Assembly (NCBI GenBank): GCA_963675745.2
Contig: CAXXWX010000026.1
Coordinates: 64,001-128,000 of the forward strand
Direction of reading: 5' to 3'
From: Phycisphaerae bacterium
GTDB lineage: Bacteria > Planctomycetota > Phycisphaerae > UBA1845 > Fen-1342
DNA length: 64,000 nucleotides
In this document: one piece after another, positions 33,934 through 44,265 of the stretch
Layout of the letters: each line of letters starts with the position of its first letter
How positions within the stretch are numbered: the stretch's first letter is position 1
Made by a program: the position numbers and the translations under genes
Notes under the pieces: model-generated
What the model was told of the DNA's origin: nothing
What the model saw: the letters and a program-made list of their open reading frames with translations, nothing else
Database searches by the model: none

Positions 33934-36900
33934 ATGTCTCGTCCAATACCCCGCACATCAATGCTCGCCACTGCTACGCTGCTGACGTTGACCGCACTAC
34001 TGGTGACAGCGACGGCGTCGGCCACGCAGTGCATCGCACCCGACAACGGAACCGGAACTGTGACGTTGCCCGCCGACTGCGCGTACCTCGCCCCAGATGA
34101 GCCGATGTACATCATCGAGGGTCTGCCGCCCGGTTCGACGCTGGAGCTCGATCCGAACTTCCACGGCTTTTCGTGCGATTCGCACTCCCTGTGCAGCCTG
34201 CCGCTTGCCCCGGGTGAGTGCGAGACGGCCGGCGGCTCGCTGGGCGGAAATGGACACTGCTTCCAGGGGTACCTGCGACTGGAAGTGAACGGCACCGGCG
34301 ACTTCGCCGGCTATTATCGCGTCCTGTCCGTCCCGGTGGAGTGTGAGATTCACACCGGCCCGCGCAACCCCGGAGACCCCGTCCAGACCTTCTCCGCCGA
34401 CGTCTATCGGCTGTACGGGGAGCTCTTCGGCGACCCGGACTTCTGCATGTTCAGAGTGCTGGCCGGCAGCGACTACGGGCTGCCGTGCCCAGGCGCGACC
34501 ACGCTCACCGAGCTGCCCGGTGACGACTTCAATGTGGACAGCTTCTTCGACATCACCTACCAGATCGAATTCGAGGGTTGTCCGGGATCGCCGCTCGACG
34601 GCTACATGGGGGTGACCACTGCCACCGTCCGCTGGCAGCAGGGGGAGGTGGCTTTGCCACCCGGCACCTGCGTCGCCCCTGACAACGGGTCCGGCACCGT
34701 CGACCTGCCCGCCGCCTGTCCGTTCTATGGCCCTGACGGCGAACTCATGTACATCATCGAAGGCCTGCCTCCGGGCACGACGCTTGAGCTCGACCCGAAC
34801 ATGGTTAACCACACCAACATCGCGCGCACGCCGGGCGGCACGCTCGGCGGGGAGATCGAGACCTTCGACTCGACGCTGGTGCTCGCGGTGGCCGGCACCG
34901 GCGATCTGGAGGGTTATTATCGCACTCTGGCAGTGCCGGTATCGTGTGAGGTCCATACGGGGCCGCGTAATCCGGGCGATCCAGTGCAGACCTTTCAGAC
35001 GGAGATGTACAACCTGCAAGGCGAGCTGTACGGCGACCCGGACTTCTGCACATTCCGCGTGCGGGCCGGCGGCGAGCTCGGCCTGCCGAGCCCCGGTTAT
35101 ACCACGCTGACCAAGCTGCCCAGCGGCGACTTCGCCGTCGACAGCTTCTTCGACATCACCTACGAGATTGAGTTCGAAGGCTGCCCGGGTTCGCCGCTTG
35201 ATGCCTATGCCGGCACTACCCAGGACACGGTCCGCTGGCTCCAGGGCATCGGCGAGATCACCTATGTCGGAGCGTGTTGCGCTGTGGATGGCGCCTGCAC
35301 GCTCGAAACCGAGGCGAACTGCGCCGGCGAATACCACGGCGACGGCACTTTCTGTCTCGGGGACAGCGATGGAGACGGCAACGACGACGCCTGTGTCGAT
35401 CCGCATTCCTGCGTCGCACCGGACAACGGCGGCGGGACGGTCGATCTGCCGGCCGATTGCCCCTACATCGCGCCGTATGAGCCGATGTACATCGAGGATG
35501 GCCTGCCGCCCGGCACCACCATCGAGGCCGACCCCACGCTCGATGGCTACACCGGTATCAGTCGAATGCCTGGCGGCTCACTCGGCGGCGAGATCGAGTA
35601 CTTCAGCTCGGAGTTGCAGCTCATGATGAACGGGACCGGCGACCTGCTGGGATTCCACCGCACGCTGACCGTGCCGGTCTACTGCGAGGTGCACACCGGG
35701 CCACGCAACCCGGGCGATCCGGTGCAGACCTTTGCAACCGAGTTCTACGAACTGAACGGCGAGCTATTCGGCGACCCGGACTTCTGCACGTTCCGCGTGC
35801 GGGCCGGCGCAAACCTCGGCCTGCCGAGCCCCGGTGAGACAACGCTCACCCAGCTCCCGAGTGGCGACTTCGCCGTCGACAGCTTCTTCGACATCACCTA
35901 CCAGATCGAGTTCGAAGGCTGCCCGGGTTCGCAGCTCGAAGACCTTGCCGGCACGACGACCGCAACGGTGCGCATCCTGCAAGGTGATCCGACGTATGAC
36001 GAGCTGGTGGTGACCGCCGGCTCGGACCTGTTCGTCACGCCGGCTCCGTCGAGCTCACCCGCGCCGACGCATCTGGACCTCGGGAGCAGTGAGCTCCCGT
36101 CTGACTTCTTCGGACCGGGGTCTGACCCGTTCGACGGCATCATCTACTTCCGTGGCAGCCCGCTGACCGGGACTAATCTGCCGGCGGACACCGACACCAT
36201 AGTCGAGCGCCTGGACGACATGGTCTTCTACGATTCTCAGGATGCGGACACGGTTGACACTCAGATCGTCGCACTGAACCTGGTCAGCATCGAGCCGATC
36301 ACGGTAACGTTCTGGGGCGGAACGGAGAGCTCGATCTACGACGTCGAGGTGTGTCTATCGTCCTATGCGACGCAACCGATCGGGGTGCTTGCGGCCGTTA
36401 AGGAACACCAGAATGGCGGGACATTCACTGCGTACCTGCCGGTCGTACCCAAGCTGGTATTCACCAAGGTGACGGGCCCTGAAGGTGCGTCGCAGGCTGT
36501 TCAGGATCCGGGGCCAGCGCTCGATCTCAACCTCGAATACGGCTGCTGGTCCTCGTGGGATCCGGGCTTCAACATCTACCCGTCGCCCGGCGGAGTGGTC
36601 GACGACGACTGCGACCAGGTTGCTGACGTGCCGTATCCGCCAACGTCGAACTTCTACGTCGGCGTGTGCTGGTTGCCGCCCGACTATTCAGACGCGGTCA
36701 AGCGGCTCACCCGGTACACCGCACCCAACGCGGCTCATGGCGTGCTCCCCAGCGAGTTGGTGGGCCCCGACAGCGATGGTGACGGCATCCACGACCTCGC
36801 CGACAACTGCCCGGATGACTTCAACCCACTGCAAGAGGACGACGACCACGACACCGTGGGTAACGCGTGTGAGTACGATGTGGGCGACCTGAACTGCGAC

Positions 36901-37068
36901 GGCTTGATCAACAACGGTGACATCGACCCGTTTGTGCTGGCGGTGACGAATGAGGCCGGCTACGAGGCGGCTTATCCGGATTGTGATCGTACGCTGGCCG
37001 ACTGCAACGGCGACGGGATGGTCAACAACGGTGACATAGACCCGTTCGTCGCGCTTCTCAGTGGGTAG
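33934..37068 (+). CDS. Large secreted protein with three ~195-aa 'VDSFFDITY' repeats, a Cys-rich GACC motif, a TSP3-like Ca-binding repeat and a dockerin-like tail
   Basis: AGGAGG RBS and signal peptide; repeats start at 34030, 34669 and 35410; 'DSDGDGIHDLADNCP'; 'GDLNCDGLINNGDIDPFV'. Confidence 0.88.
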   Translation: MSRPIPRTSMLATATLLTLTALLVTATASATQCIAPDNGTGTVTLPADCAYLAPDEPMYIIEGLPPGSTLELDPNFHGFSCDSHSLCSLPLAPGECETAGGSLGGNGHCFQGYLRLEVNGTGDFAGYYRVLSVPVECEIHTGPRNPGDPVQTFSADVYRLYGELFGDPDFCMFRVLAGSDYGLPCPGATTLTELPGDDFNVDSFFDITYQIEFEGCPGSPLDGYMGVTTATVRWQQGEVALPPGTCVAPDNGSGTVDLPAACPFYGPDGELMYIIEGLPPGTTLELDPNMVNHTNIARTPGGTLGGEIETFDSTLVLAVAGTGDLEGYYRTLAVPVSCEVHTGPRNPGDPVQTFQTEMYNLQGELYGDPDFCTFRVRAGGELGLPSPGYTTLTKLPSGDFAVDSFFDITYEIEFEGCPGSPLDAYAGTTQDTVRWLQGIGEITYVGACCAVDGACTLETEANCAGEYHGDGTFCLGDSDGDGNDDACVDPHSCVAPDNGGGTVDLPADCPYIAPYEPMYIEDGLPPGTTIEADPTLDGYTGISRMPGGSLGGEIEYFSSELQLMMNGTGDLLGFHRTLTVPVYCEVHTGPRNPGDPVQTFATEFYELNGELFGDPDFCTFRVRAGANLGLPSPGETTLTQLPSGDFAVDSFFDITYQIEFEGCPGSQLEDLAGTTTATVRILQGDPTYDELVVTAGSDLFVTPAPSSSPAPTHLDLGSSELPSDFFGPGSDPFDGIIYFRGSPLTGTNLPADTDTIVERLDDMVFYDSQDADTVDTQIVALNLVSIEPITVTFWGGTESSIYDVEVCLSSYATQPIGVLAAVKEHQNGGTFTAYLPVVPKLVFTKVTGPEGASQAVQDPGPALDLNLEYGCWSSWDPGFNIYPSPGGVVDDDCDQVADVPYPPTSNFYVGVCWLPPDYSDAVKRLTRYTAPNAAHGVLPSELVGPDSDGDGIHDLADNCPDDFNPLQEDDDHDTVGNACEYDVGDLNCDGLINNGDIDPFVLAVTNEAGYEAAYPDCDRTLADCNGDGMVNNGDIDPFVALLSG

Positions 37069-37217
37069 GCGTGGTTGGGAGTGCTGACCGGCCGCGCGGC
37101 ATGCGTCCCGCTTGTGGATTGTGCCGGGCGGCCTGGTCTCACCCGCCGAGCTGCGCGCACGGGAACCGCTGCCGCTGTGTGCTTTGGCGCTCCCGCCCGT
37201 GGATCCGGGTTTGACGG

Positions 37218-39285
37218 TTAGTGTGCCGGTCGTGCGGTGAGCACAACAACCGAGCGCTGGGCCACGACTTGTGACAGCAAACCGCAACGGCGATTCTCGA
37301 CCTGGCTCGCGGATGTCGTCGGGCGCTTCGCGTGCGGTGTCAATGACACGCGACCAATGACCCGCGCGGCCCTCCTGAACCTTAAACGTCACGTCCTCGG
37401 GTGCCATGTTGATCATGGCATAAAGGTCGACACCGTCCTGCGATGCGCCATGCAGGCAGAATGCGAATTGCCGCGAGCCAGGCGACAGATCGACTGGGCC
37501 CTGCGGACCGTACCAATGTACGTCGTCGCGCCAATAGCGCGAGCGGCACAGCGACGGGTGCGCCTTCCGAAATGCGATCATGTACTGGAAGAACCGAAAG
37601 ACGTCCGCATGTGTATCGCGCCGGCCCCAGTCGAGCCAGGTTGTCTCGTTGTCCTGGCTGTACGGGTTGCTGTTGCCGCCTTGCGTTTGCATGAACTCAT
37701 CGCCGGCGCGAAACATCGGGGTGCCGTTCGAGAGCATGAGCAGGCAGCAGAAGTTTCTCACCTGCCGCTTGCGCAGGGCCATGACCTCGGCGGGGACATC
37801 CTGTTCACCCTCCCAGCCGCAGTTCCAACTGAGTTCCTCCGGCGGGCCGTCAGTGTTGCCGTGCCCATTGGCCCAGTTGTGCTTGTGGTCATACGCGACC
37901 AGATCGTAAAGCGTGAAGCCGTCGTGCGAGGCGATGTAGTTGACGCTCTGAAACGGATGATAGGTTTCGGCCAGCGCGTCGGGGAACAGGTCATCGCTGC
38001 CGTACAGCCGTGTCATGACCGAGGAGACCAACCCAAGATCACCGCGCACGAAGCGGCGGATATCGTCCCGGAAGCGCGCGTTCCACTGGGCCCAACGGGT
38101 TCCCGGGAAGGCGCGTCCCAACTGTTGCAGACCAGTGTCCCAAGGCTCGGCGATCAGGCGAACGTTGGCCAAGGCGGGATCGGCGGTGATATCGCCAAAG
38201 ATCGGTGGATCTTCGAGGTTGACTTCCCCGTTGGCCCCCCGCGCGAAGATCGATGCGAGGTCAAAGCGGAAGCCATCGACGTGCATCTCCTTGACCCAGT
38301 AACGCAGGCTGTCCAGGATCATCTTGCGCACGTACCGGTTCATGCAGTGCAACGTGTTGCCCGTGCCCGTGTAGTTTGCGTAGGGATCGTGTGGATTGTC
38401 GGTCATGAGGTAGTAAGTGCTGTTATCGATCCCCTTGAAGCTGTACATCGGGCCCCGATGGTTGCCCTCGGTCGTGTGGTTGTACACTACGTCGAGAATC
38501 ACCTCGATGTCGGCCGCGTGCAATGCCTTGACCATCGCGCGAAACTCGTCGTGCTGGTGGCATTCCTCGCTGGCGCAGGCATATTGCTGGTGCGGCGAAA
38601 AGAAATTCAGCGGCATGTAGCCCCAGTAGTTGCCCTCCTGTGGATCAAACTGGAACACCGGCATCAATTCGACCGCCGTAATGCCCAGATCCTTCAGGTA
38701 CGGGATCTTGGCCTCCACGCCGGCGAACGTGCCCCGTTGCTCAGGTCGCACGCCGGAATCTGACCGGGCCGTGAAGCCCTTTACGTGCAGTTCGTAGATC
38801 ACAAGCTCCGCTTCGTGCCGCGGGGCGGCCCCGTCGCCCCACAGAAAGCACGAGCGCTCCGGCTGAAGCAGGCCAACCGGAGCCTTACCGATGTTCGGAC
38901 CGAATCCCGCGGCGGCTGCCCGACTGAAGTCCGCCGGGAAATGCACGGCCCGGGCGTATGGGTCAAGCAGGATTTTCTCCGGATCGAACGTGTGCCACTC
39001 CGTCTGACCCTCCGGGTTCGGGCCGTTGACGGAGTACGCGTAGTACATGGCATCGGCGAGATCAGCCTCGGCAAACCGGCAGTGCCAGATCCGGCCGGTC
39101 TTGTTCGTCAGATGCGACAGCGGATGCGTCGCCACTGGTTGAACCAGATCGTCCTTGCGATAGAGCAGCAGCGTTACGGCCGTCGCGTGCTTCGAGTAAA
39201 GCGCGAAGTTATACGCCCGTTCCTCGGCGATCCATGTGACGCCCAACGGCGTCGGCGTGCCTTCGGATGCGGCCCAGCTCGTCAT
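37218..39285 (-). CDS. glgX: Glycogen debranching enzyme / isoamylase (GH13); frameshift near 37280
   Basis: 'IYELHVKGFT', 'NYWGY', 'DVVYNHT', 'DGFRFDLAS', 'IAEPWD', 'SHDGFTL'. The usual ending 'RSVVVL' and TAA at 37218-37220 are in another frame. Confidence 0.9.
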
Positions 39286-39320
39286 GCGCGTCCCTTCAAT
39301 ATCGAGCGCGTCCTACAATA

Positions 39321-40721
39321 TCAGGTCGGCTCGAGTGCGCGAAGCTGATCCTCGTCGATCCGTCGCGCGGGCACATTCGCGATGATTGGGGTATCGAGCG
39401 ATCCTGCCGACGGCCGCACGGAGAGCGTTCTGATGCCGATTGAGGCGGGCCTCCGCGTGATCGACGTGATTCTGAAGAGAAGCGGCAGCGCCGCCGCGCG
39501 TCCGAGCGACGACAGCGCGAAAATCAGCATATAGGCCTCTCTTTGCTGACCCAGCAGCTTCAGGATCATGCCGCCGAACAGCGAACCCCCGAGGATGGCC
39601 AGTGCGTTGAGGAGGTTGAACGTGGTCAGCATGCTGGTGCGTTCCTCGTCACGAACGGTATCGAACAGCAGGAGGAACGCCCCCAGCTCATAGGCTCCCC
39701 ACGCGAACCCGGCAGCGACCTGCACGGCAAGCAGAAACGCAAACGAATCCGAGACCAGCCAGAGGGCCGCCATCGGCGCTATGCCAATGCCGCCGATCCA
39801 GAGCAGGCGTTGCGGCCCGAAGCGATGGGCCAGATGTCCGAATGCGGGCATTGCGAGGATCTTCGCGGCGAATGCCACGGCGAGCAGTGAAACGTACGTG
39901 GCGTACGAGAACTGCGCTTCGCGAAGCATGAACGGGGTGAAATAGGGCCCGGCGACTTGCGTCGCGAGTTGGATGATGAACATGTACTTGAAAAGCCGGC
40001 CCTCTCCGTTACTGAGCCGTCGGACGAACTCGCGAAGCGTTACCGCTCGATCTGGGGAGGCGGCGAAGCTGGTCTCACCCTGCGCGGCCAGAAAGCCTGC
40101 GGAGACAAGCCGGAACACGCCCGCCGCCGCGAACAGCAGGGCGAAGCCGATGAATGACCGACCTGCGGCAGCGCTGAAGTGCAGTACCACGCCGCCGATG
40201 ATGAGCCCCCCGAGAACAGCCAGTTGTGTGGCCAGTGTGCGCACGGCAAAAAACCGCGCTCGCAGCGGCCGCGGTATCAGACGCCCGATCCACGTATTCC
40301 AGGCCGGCCCGGCGCTCATTCCGGCGGTCCAGTAGCAGGACGCCACGATCAGGACAGCGAGCGCCGATATGTGTCCGATTGCGGCCGCGATGACGAGGGG
40401 CAGGAAGCTCAGCGACTGAACACCCGCGCACGCCAAAACCCAGCGTTTGTGGGAGCCCAGGAGCCGCACGCCGGATGGAGCAGCAAGTTGTACCACAGCG
40501 CCGACGAAGAGTGGCACGGTGGCGACCAGTCCGGCGGTGACTTCACCGAGTCCGACCGCGAGGACGAATGCCGGCAGGTAGGACTCACCCAGGCCGACCG
40601 CGAGACTGAAGACCGTGCCGTCGGCGATGCTCGCGCGCAGGTTGCGACGCAGTCGGTTTGGCCGACCAACGGGCGGGGGGATGTCCGCCGCGACCTGGGC
40701 TGTGGCGACAGTTGAACTCAC
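39321..40721 (-). CDS. MFS transporter
   Basis: About 12 hydrophobic helices; 'FGHLAHRFGPQR' loop motif. Confidence 0.88.
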   Translation of the reverse strand: MSSTVATAQVAADIPPPVGRPNRLRRNLRASIADGTVFSLAVGLGESYLPAFVLAVGLGEVTAGLVATVPLFVGAVVQLAAPSGVRLLGSHKRWVLACAGVQSLSFLPLVIAAAIGHISALAVLIVASCYWTAGMSAGPAWNTWIGRLIPRPLRARFFAVRTLATQLAVLGGLIIGGVVLHFSAAAGRSFIGFALLFAAAGVFRLVSAGFLAAQGETSFAASPDRAVTLREFVRRLSNGEGRLFKYMFIIQLATQVAGPYFTPFMLREAQFSYATYVSLLAVAFAAKILAMPAFGHLAHRFGPQRLLWIGGIGIAPMAALWLVSDSFAFLLAVQVAAGFAWGAYELGAFLLLFDTVRDEERTSMLTTFNLLNALAILGGSLFGGMILKLLGQQREAYMLIFALSSLGRAAALPLLFRITSITRRPASIGIRTLSVRPSAGSLDTPIIANVPARRIDEDQLRALEPT

Positions 40722-40951
40722 CGGCGAGACGGCTCACTGGCCTGGGGTAGATTCACTTGACCGCAAAGTCCAAACTCGGTCCGGGGCCAATCGCCGGGGT
40801 GATCGCCGGCGAGACGCGGTTGGATGCGCATCTGGTAGATCTCGAACGCGTGTAGCCGAAGCTGCTCTTCATCTGCCGCAGGCCGGGCTTCGACGACCTT
40901 GGCAATCGATTTGGTCTTGGGTGGCTTTGTGCGAGTTGCGGGCACCGTCAT
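40718..40951 (-). CDS. DUF2934-like small protein (degenerate)
   Basis: 'EEQLRLHAFEIYQMR...GDWPRTE'; AAGGAG RBS; stop overlaps the MFS start. Confidence 0.55.
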   Translation of the reverse strand: MTVPATRTKPPKTKSIAKVVEARPAADEEQLRLHAFEIYQMRIQPRLAGDHPGDWPRTEFGLCGQVNLPQASEPSRR

Positions 40952-41109
40952 CTCCTTACAGGATCACTGCGATTATTCTCGGCTGCGCGCGAGTATCTGG
41001 TGAAATCGGGATTAAACGAAGTTCATCCCCAAGCCCATTGCCGAGAATAAACCGACGGCGAAGCCGCTCCCGTAGACGGTCGGCGTCGTTCAGCGGGGCG
41101 GAACTGCCA

Positions 41110-42297
41110 CTAGTTGCCGAAGTGCAGCACGCCCAGCGACACGAGCTCCAGGCCTATGGAGCCGGCGATAAGGATGATGATTATCCACTCCAGAAGTTCG
41201 GCGCGACGATGCGCGGCCAGCGTCGAGACCTTGTCGCACGCGCTCTCCAGCGCGTCGAGTTTGCGGAGGATGCTCGTGTCCCAGTCGGCCAGGTGCAGTC
41301 GCTGTGCCGCAAGCCGGTAGAGACGCGCCAAGTACTGGTCACCAATCAGCTTCAGCGCGTTGTTTACGCCTTCGAAGAGGGCCATGCTGTCCATGCGCAA
41401 CCCGATCAGCTCACGCAGGCTTGCCACCGCCGGATCGGGCCAGATCCGCCCCCGCCGCAGTTGCCGGGCGAGCAACGTGTGGGCGCGATCCAGCGCGGCG
41501 TCGAGCTGATCATCCAGGTAACGCATTTCCAGCAGCTCGACATTGGCGTATTCCAACACGGCCCGGGCGTCATCGAGTGCTTCATCAATTACGATGGCGG
41601 CATTCCAGTCGACGATCGCAAGGTCCGCCTTGCCGAACGCGATACGGCACGTCAGGGCATCTTCGATCTCCTGTTCCGCGAGCGGTGTTCCCTCCGCGCG
41701 CAGCACCTGTGCCAGCGCCTCGGACCGGGTGGCGATCAGATCGGCCGCGGCGGTCACGGGGGCGATCTCACGGACGCCGTAAATCACGTAGTCCTCGACC
41801 AGCTCGGAGAGGTTGGGCTTGGTCACGGCTGGTGCGACCATGCGGAGCACCTGCGCGGCGACGTCACTCGATCGACTCAGGAGATCCTCGTTGTCGTAGA
41901 GCTGCTCGCTGAGCTCCTGCAAGCCGGCCAGGTCAAGCGTCAGAGGGAACTCAAACGTCACCGAGATTGCGCCGAAGTCGAAGAGGACCACGTTCGCACA
42001 GGGGGTGGACGCTACGCCGGCCACCGTCACAGACGGGTGGTCGAGGGCTATGCGCAGTGGTGCCGGCTCGTACTGGAAGTACGACGGCAGCTTCCGGCGC
42101 CGTTCGAATAACTTGCGATGACTGGGTCTGGCAAGCGCTCGCTCCGCGGCATCCAGGTCGAGGCCCAGGCCGATATCGTGGGCGAAGACGGCGTAGCAGG
42201 TGCCGTGGAGTGTCGGCGCTTGACTGACAGGTCTGGCTTCGCTGACACCCTCGACAGCCCTTTCGGCCGCCGGCGGCAACTTCGTTGGCTCGCTCAT
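41110..42297 (-). CDS. RMD1/DUF155-like protein with a C-terminal transmembrane helix
   Basis: 'VVLFDFGAISV', 'LEYANVELLEMRYLD', 'RAELLEWIIIILIA'; ATG overlaps the upstream stop. Confidence 0.65.
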   Translation of the reverse strand: MSEPTKLPPAAERAVEGVSEARPVSQAPTLHGTCYAVFAHDIGLGLDLDAAERALARPSHRKLFERRRKLPSYFQYEPAPLRIALDHPSVTVAGVASTPCANVVLFDFGAISVTFEFPLTLDLAGLQELSEQLYDNEDLLSRSSDVAAQVLRMVAPAVTKPNLSELVEDYVIYGVREIAPVTAAADLIATRSEALAQVLRAEGTPLAEQEIEDALTCRIAFGKADLAIVDWNAAIVIDEALDDARAVLEYANVELLEMRYLDDQLDAALDRAHTLLARQLRRGRIWPDPAVASLRELIGLRMDSMALFEGVNNALKLIGDQYLARLYRLAAQRLHLADWDTSILRKLDALESACDKVSTLAAHRRAELLEWIIIILIAGSIGLELVSLGVLHFGN

Positions 42298-43037
42298 GCG
42301 ATCTTCCTCGAGAAGTGACTGCGCGACGAGCGCAAGAGACCGAGAGTCTCCCGCAGGCTCGCGGATAGAGCCGTGAAGACGTGCTCTGTGTCGACAGGTT
42401 GGGCAAGCAGTCGCTGGCTCACTTCCAGCTCGATCCCCCAATAGGTGCCGTTTGGATACGTCTTCCGCAGCCACGTGGGCAGTCCGTCAGAGGTGCCGCG
42501 GTACGGGTAATTGCGGCGCACGCGCAGCGCGGGCGCCGTCTCGGCCAACACGTCTTGCCAAAGCTGACAGAACGTCCGTTCGCCAGCCCGGTCGGGATCA
42601 TAGAGCAGCCCGACATCGGCGTTCCGCTCCACGCCAGCCAGTCGCGGCGTGAACGAATGGACGGCAACGTGCAGTACCCGATTGCCGGCGGACACGATGT
42701 CCTCGACGGTGGCCGCGACGCGCCTGCGATAACGACTGTGATACGTCGCCAGGATGCGGGATTGCTCGCGCCGGTCTATGCCGCGGGTGATCTCCGAGAA
42801 CACGCTGCGGTTGGTCGGCGCTCGATTCAGATCGACCAGGAGCCGCGTGGTCGTGCTGGCAATCAGCGGGCAGCGCAGCTCGGACGCGAGTCGACGGGCC
42901 AGTGCGAGCGCGCCCGGATCGTACGCGCGATGACTGGCCAGCAGCCGCTTGTGTCCGCGAAACAGGTGACTATGTCGCCTGGGCACGCGATTGCCGCCGT
43001 GCGCGCATGTGAGCAGCAGGCGCATGGGCTTGCGCAT
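42294..43037 (-). CDS. N-formylglutamate amidohydrolase family protein
   Basis: 'LTCAHGGN', 'SHRAYDPGA', 'TRLLVDLNR', 'HVAVHSFTP', 'RRNYPY', 'GIELEV'. Confidence 0.88.
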   Translation of the reverse strand: MRKPMRLLLTCAHGGNRVPRRHSHLFRGHKRLLASHRAYDPGALALARRLASELRCPLIASTTTRLLVDLNRAPTNRSVFSEITRGIDRREQSRILATYHSRYRRRVAATVEDIVSAGNRVLHVAVHSFTPRLAGVERNADVGLLYDPDRAGERTFCQLWQDVLAETAPALRVRRNYPYRGTSDGLPTWLRKTYPNGTYWGIELEVSQRLLAQPVDTEHVFTALSASLRETLGLLRSSRSHFSRKIA

Positions 43038-44265
43038 CAAAACACCGTCCTTCGGCGAGACAGTGACACAGGGCGTCGTAAACATCCGCCAGACCCTCAC
43101 GAGTGCGGTCCGCACTTAACGCGCGCACAATGCGGCGTGACAACGTACCCTGCTCGAAGATCAGGCGCAGCGGGTGGCCAAACTGCTCCTTCCACTCCGC
43201 CGGCAACGCGCGCTCATAGAGATGCGCCCAGAGGTCGCCGACGCGACAGGGTACGGGCAGGGTGCAGCCTAGGGCGCGCAGGTAGCTGCCATGCGGAATC
43301 CGCGCCTCTTCTCCATGGCGAATCGTGTCGAGCAGGATCTCCTCCAGCGGTGCGACACGCCACGATTTCTGGTCGTCGAGCGAGGAAAAACGCTCCCGCA
43401 CCAAGGCCTGTAAGACGCTGACAACCATCGCGAGAATGGCAAGATCGGCGGCTGGACACTCCTGTATATCCAGCACCCGGATTTCGATCGCGCTGCGGTC
43501 GAAGCGGGCGATGGCGCCGCGCGCGTTGAGCCACTCGCGCTGCAGAATGCCATCCGGGTCGTGCGGCGCGATGTCCTTATACATGGGTTCGAGGATATAC
43601 CGCTGGTAGTCAGCGCTCGTGAATATCGGCTCCGGGATGATCTTCCCAGCCACCGACGGAATGCGGCGTGAGTTGCTGCGGTAGTGCTCCATGCGCCCGT
43701 CGGCCAGGTCCAGCACCCGCCCCGCCACCACCGGCGAACTGGCCGCCAGTGCCGGCAGAATCGGTAGCACCAGGCGGATCGCGGCGTGCAGCCGGCCAAA
43801 CTCCTCGTCATTGGCGAAGGGCAGGTTGAGGTGGGTGCTCTGGAGATTCGCCCAGCCGTGACCGCGGCAGTCAAAGATGCGGTTAAAGGCCTCGTAGACC
43901 GCGTTGTACTCGTGCGGCCAAAGACGCGTTTCAGTATCGGGGTTCATCCACGGGTGCATGGCCGTCGGCATGAGTTGTGCGCCCAGAGGCTCGAGGGCTG
44001 CGTTCACCCGGCGTACATGATGCTGGAATACTCGGTCGAGCCCATCCAACCGGGCGGCCGGACCGTTGGTCTTGAACTCGATCACGTGCAAGACTAGTTC
44101 GTTGGACCAGCTCAACTCTCCCATCTCGATCTCTGACTCGTGCGCACCGCAAACGGCGTGCAGCAACTGATCACAGACAGGCAGGACGCTGAGGTCGTCG
44201 CGCGCGACGATCATGTATTCGAGTTCGACTCCGAAACACTGAAAGAGACTGTACGGCGCGCTCAT
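42970..44265 (-). CDS. Glutamate-cysteine ligase family 2 (GCS2) carboxylate-amine ligase
   Basis: 'FGVELEYMIV', 'NELVLHVIEFKT', 'STHLNLP', 'RGAIARFDRSAIEIRVLD'. Confidence 0.88.
   Translation of the reverse strand: MSAPYSLFQCFGVELEYMIVARDDLSVLPVCDQLLHAVCGAHESEIEMGELSWSNELVLHVIEFKTNGPAARLDGLDRVFQHHVRRVNAALEPLGAQLMPTAMHPWMNPDTETRLWPHEYNAVYEAFNRIFDCRGHGWANLQSTHLNLPFANDEEFGRLHAAIRLVLPILPALAASSPVVAGRVLDLADGRMEHYRSNSRRIPSVAGKIIPEPIFTSADYQRYILEPMYKDIAPHDPDGILQREWLNARGAIARFDRSAIEIRVLDIQECPAADLAILAMVVSVLQALVRERFSSLDDQKSWRVAPLEEILLDTIRHGEEARIPHGSYLRALGCTLPVPCRVGDLWAHLYERALPAEWKEQFGHPLRLIFEQGTLSRRIVRALSADRTREGLADVYDALCHCLAEGRCFDAQAHAPAAHMRARRQSRAQAT

Noticed and set aside
36688..37217. 865-aa GlgX with a long C-terminal extension
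   Set aside because: The extension is antisense to the dockerin gene, and the normal ending and stop are in another frame.
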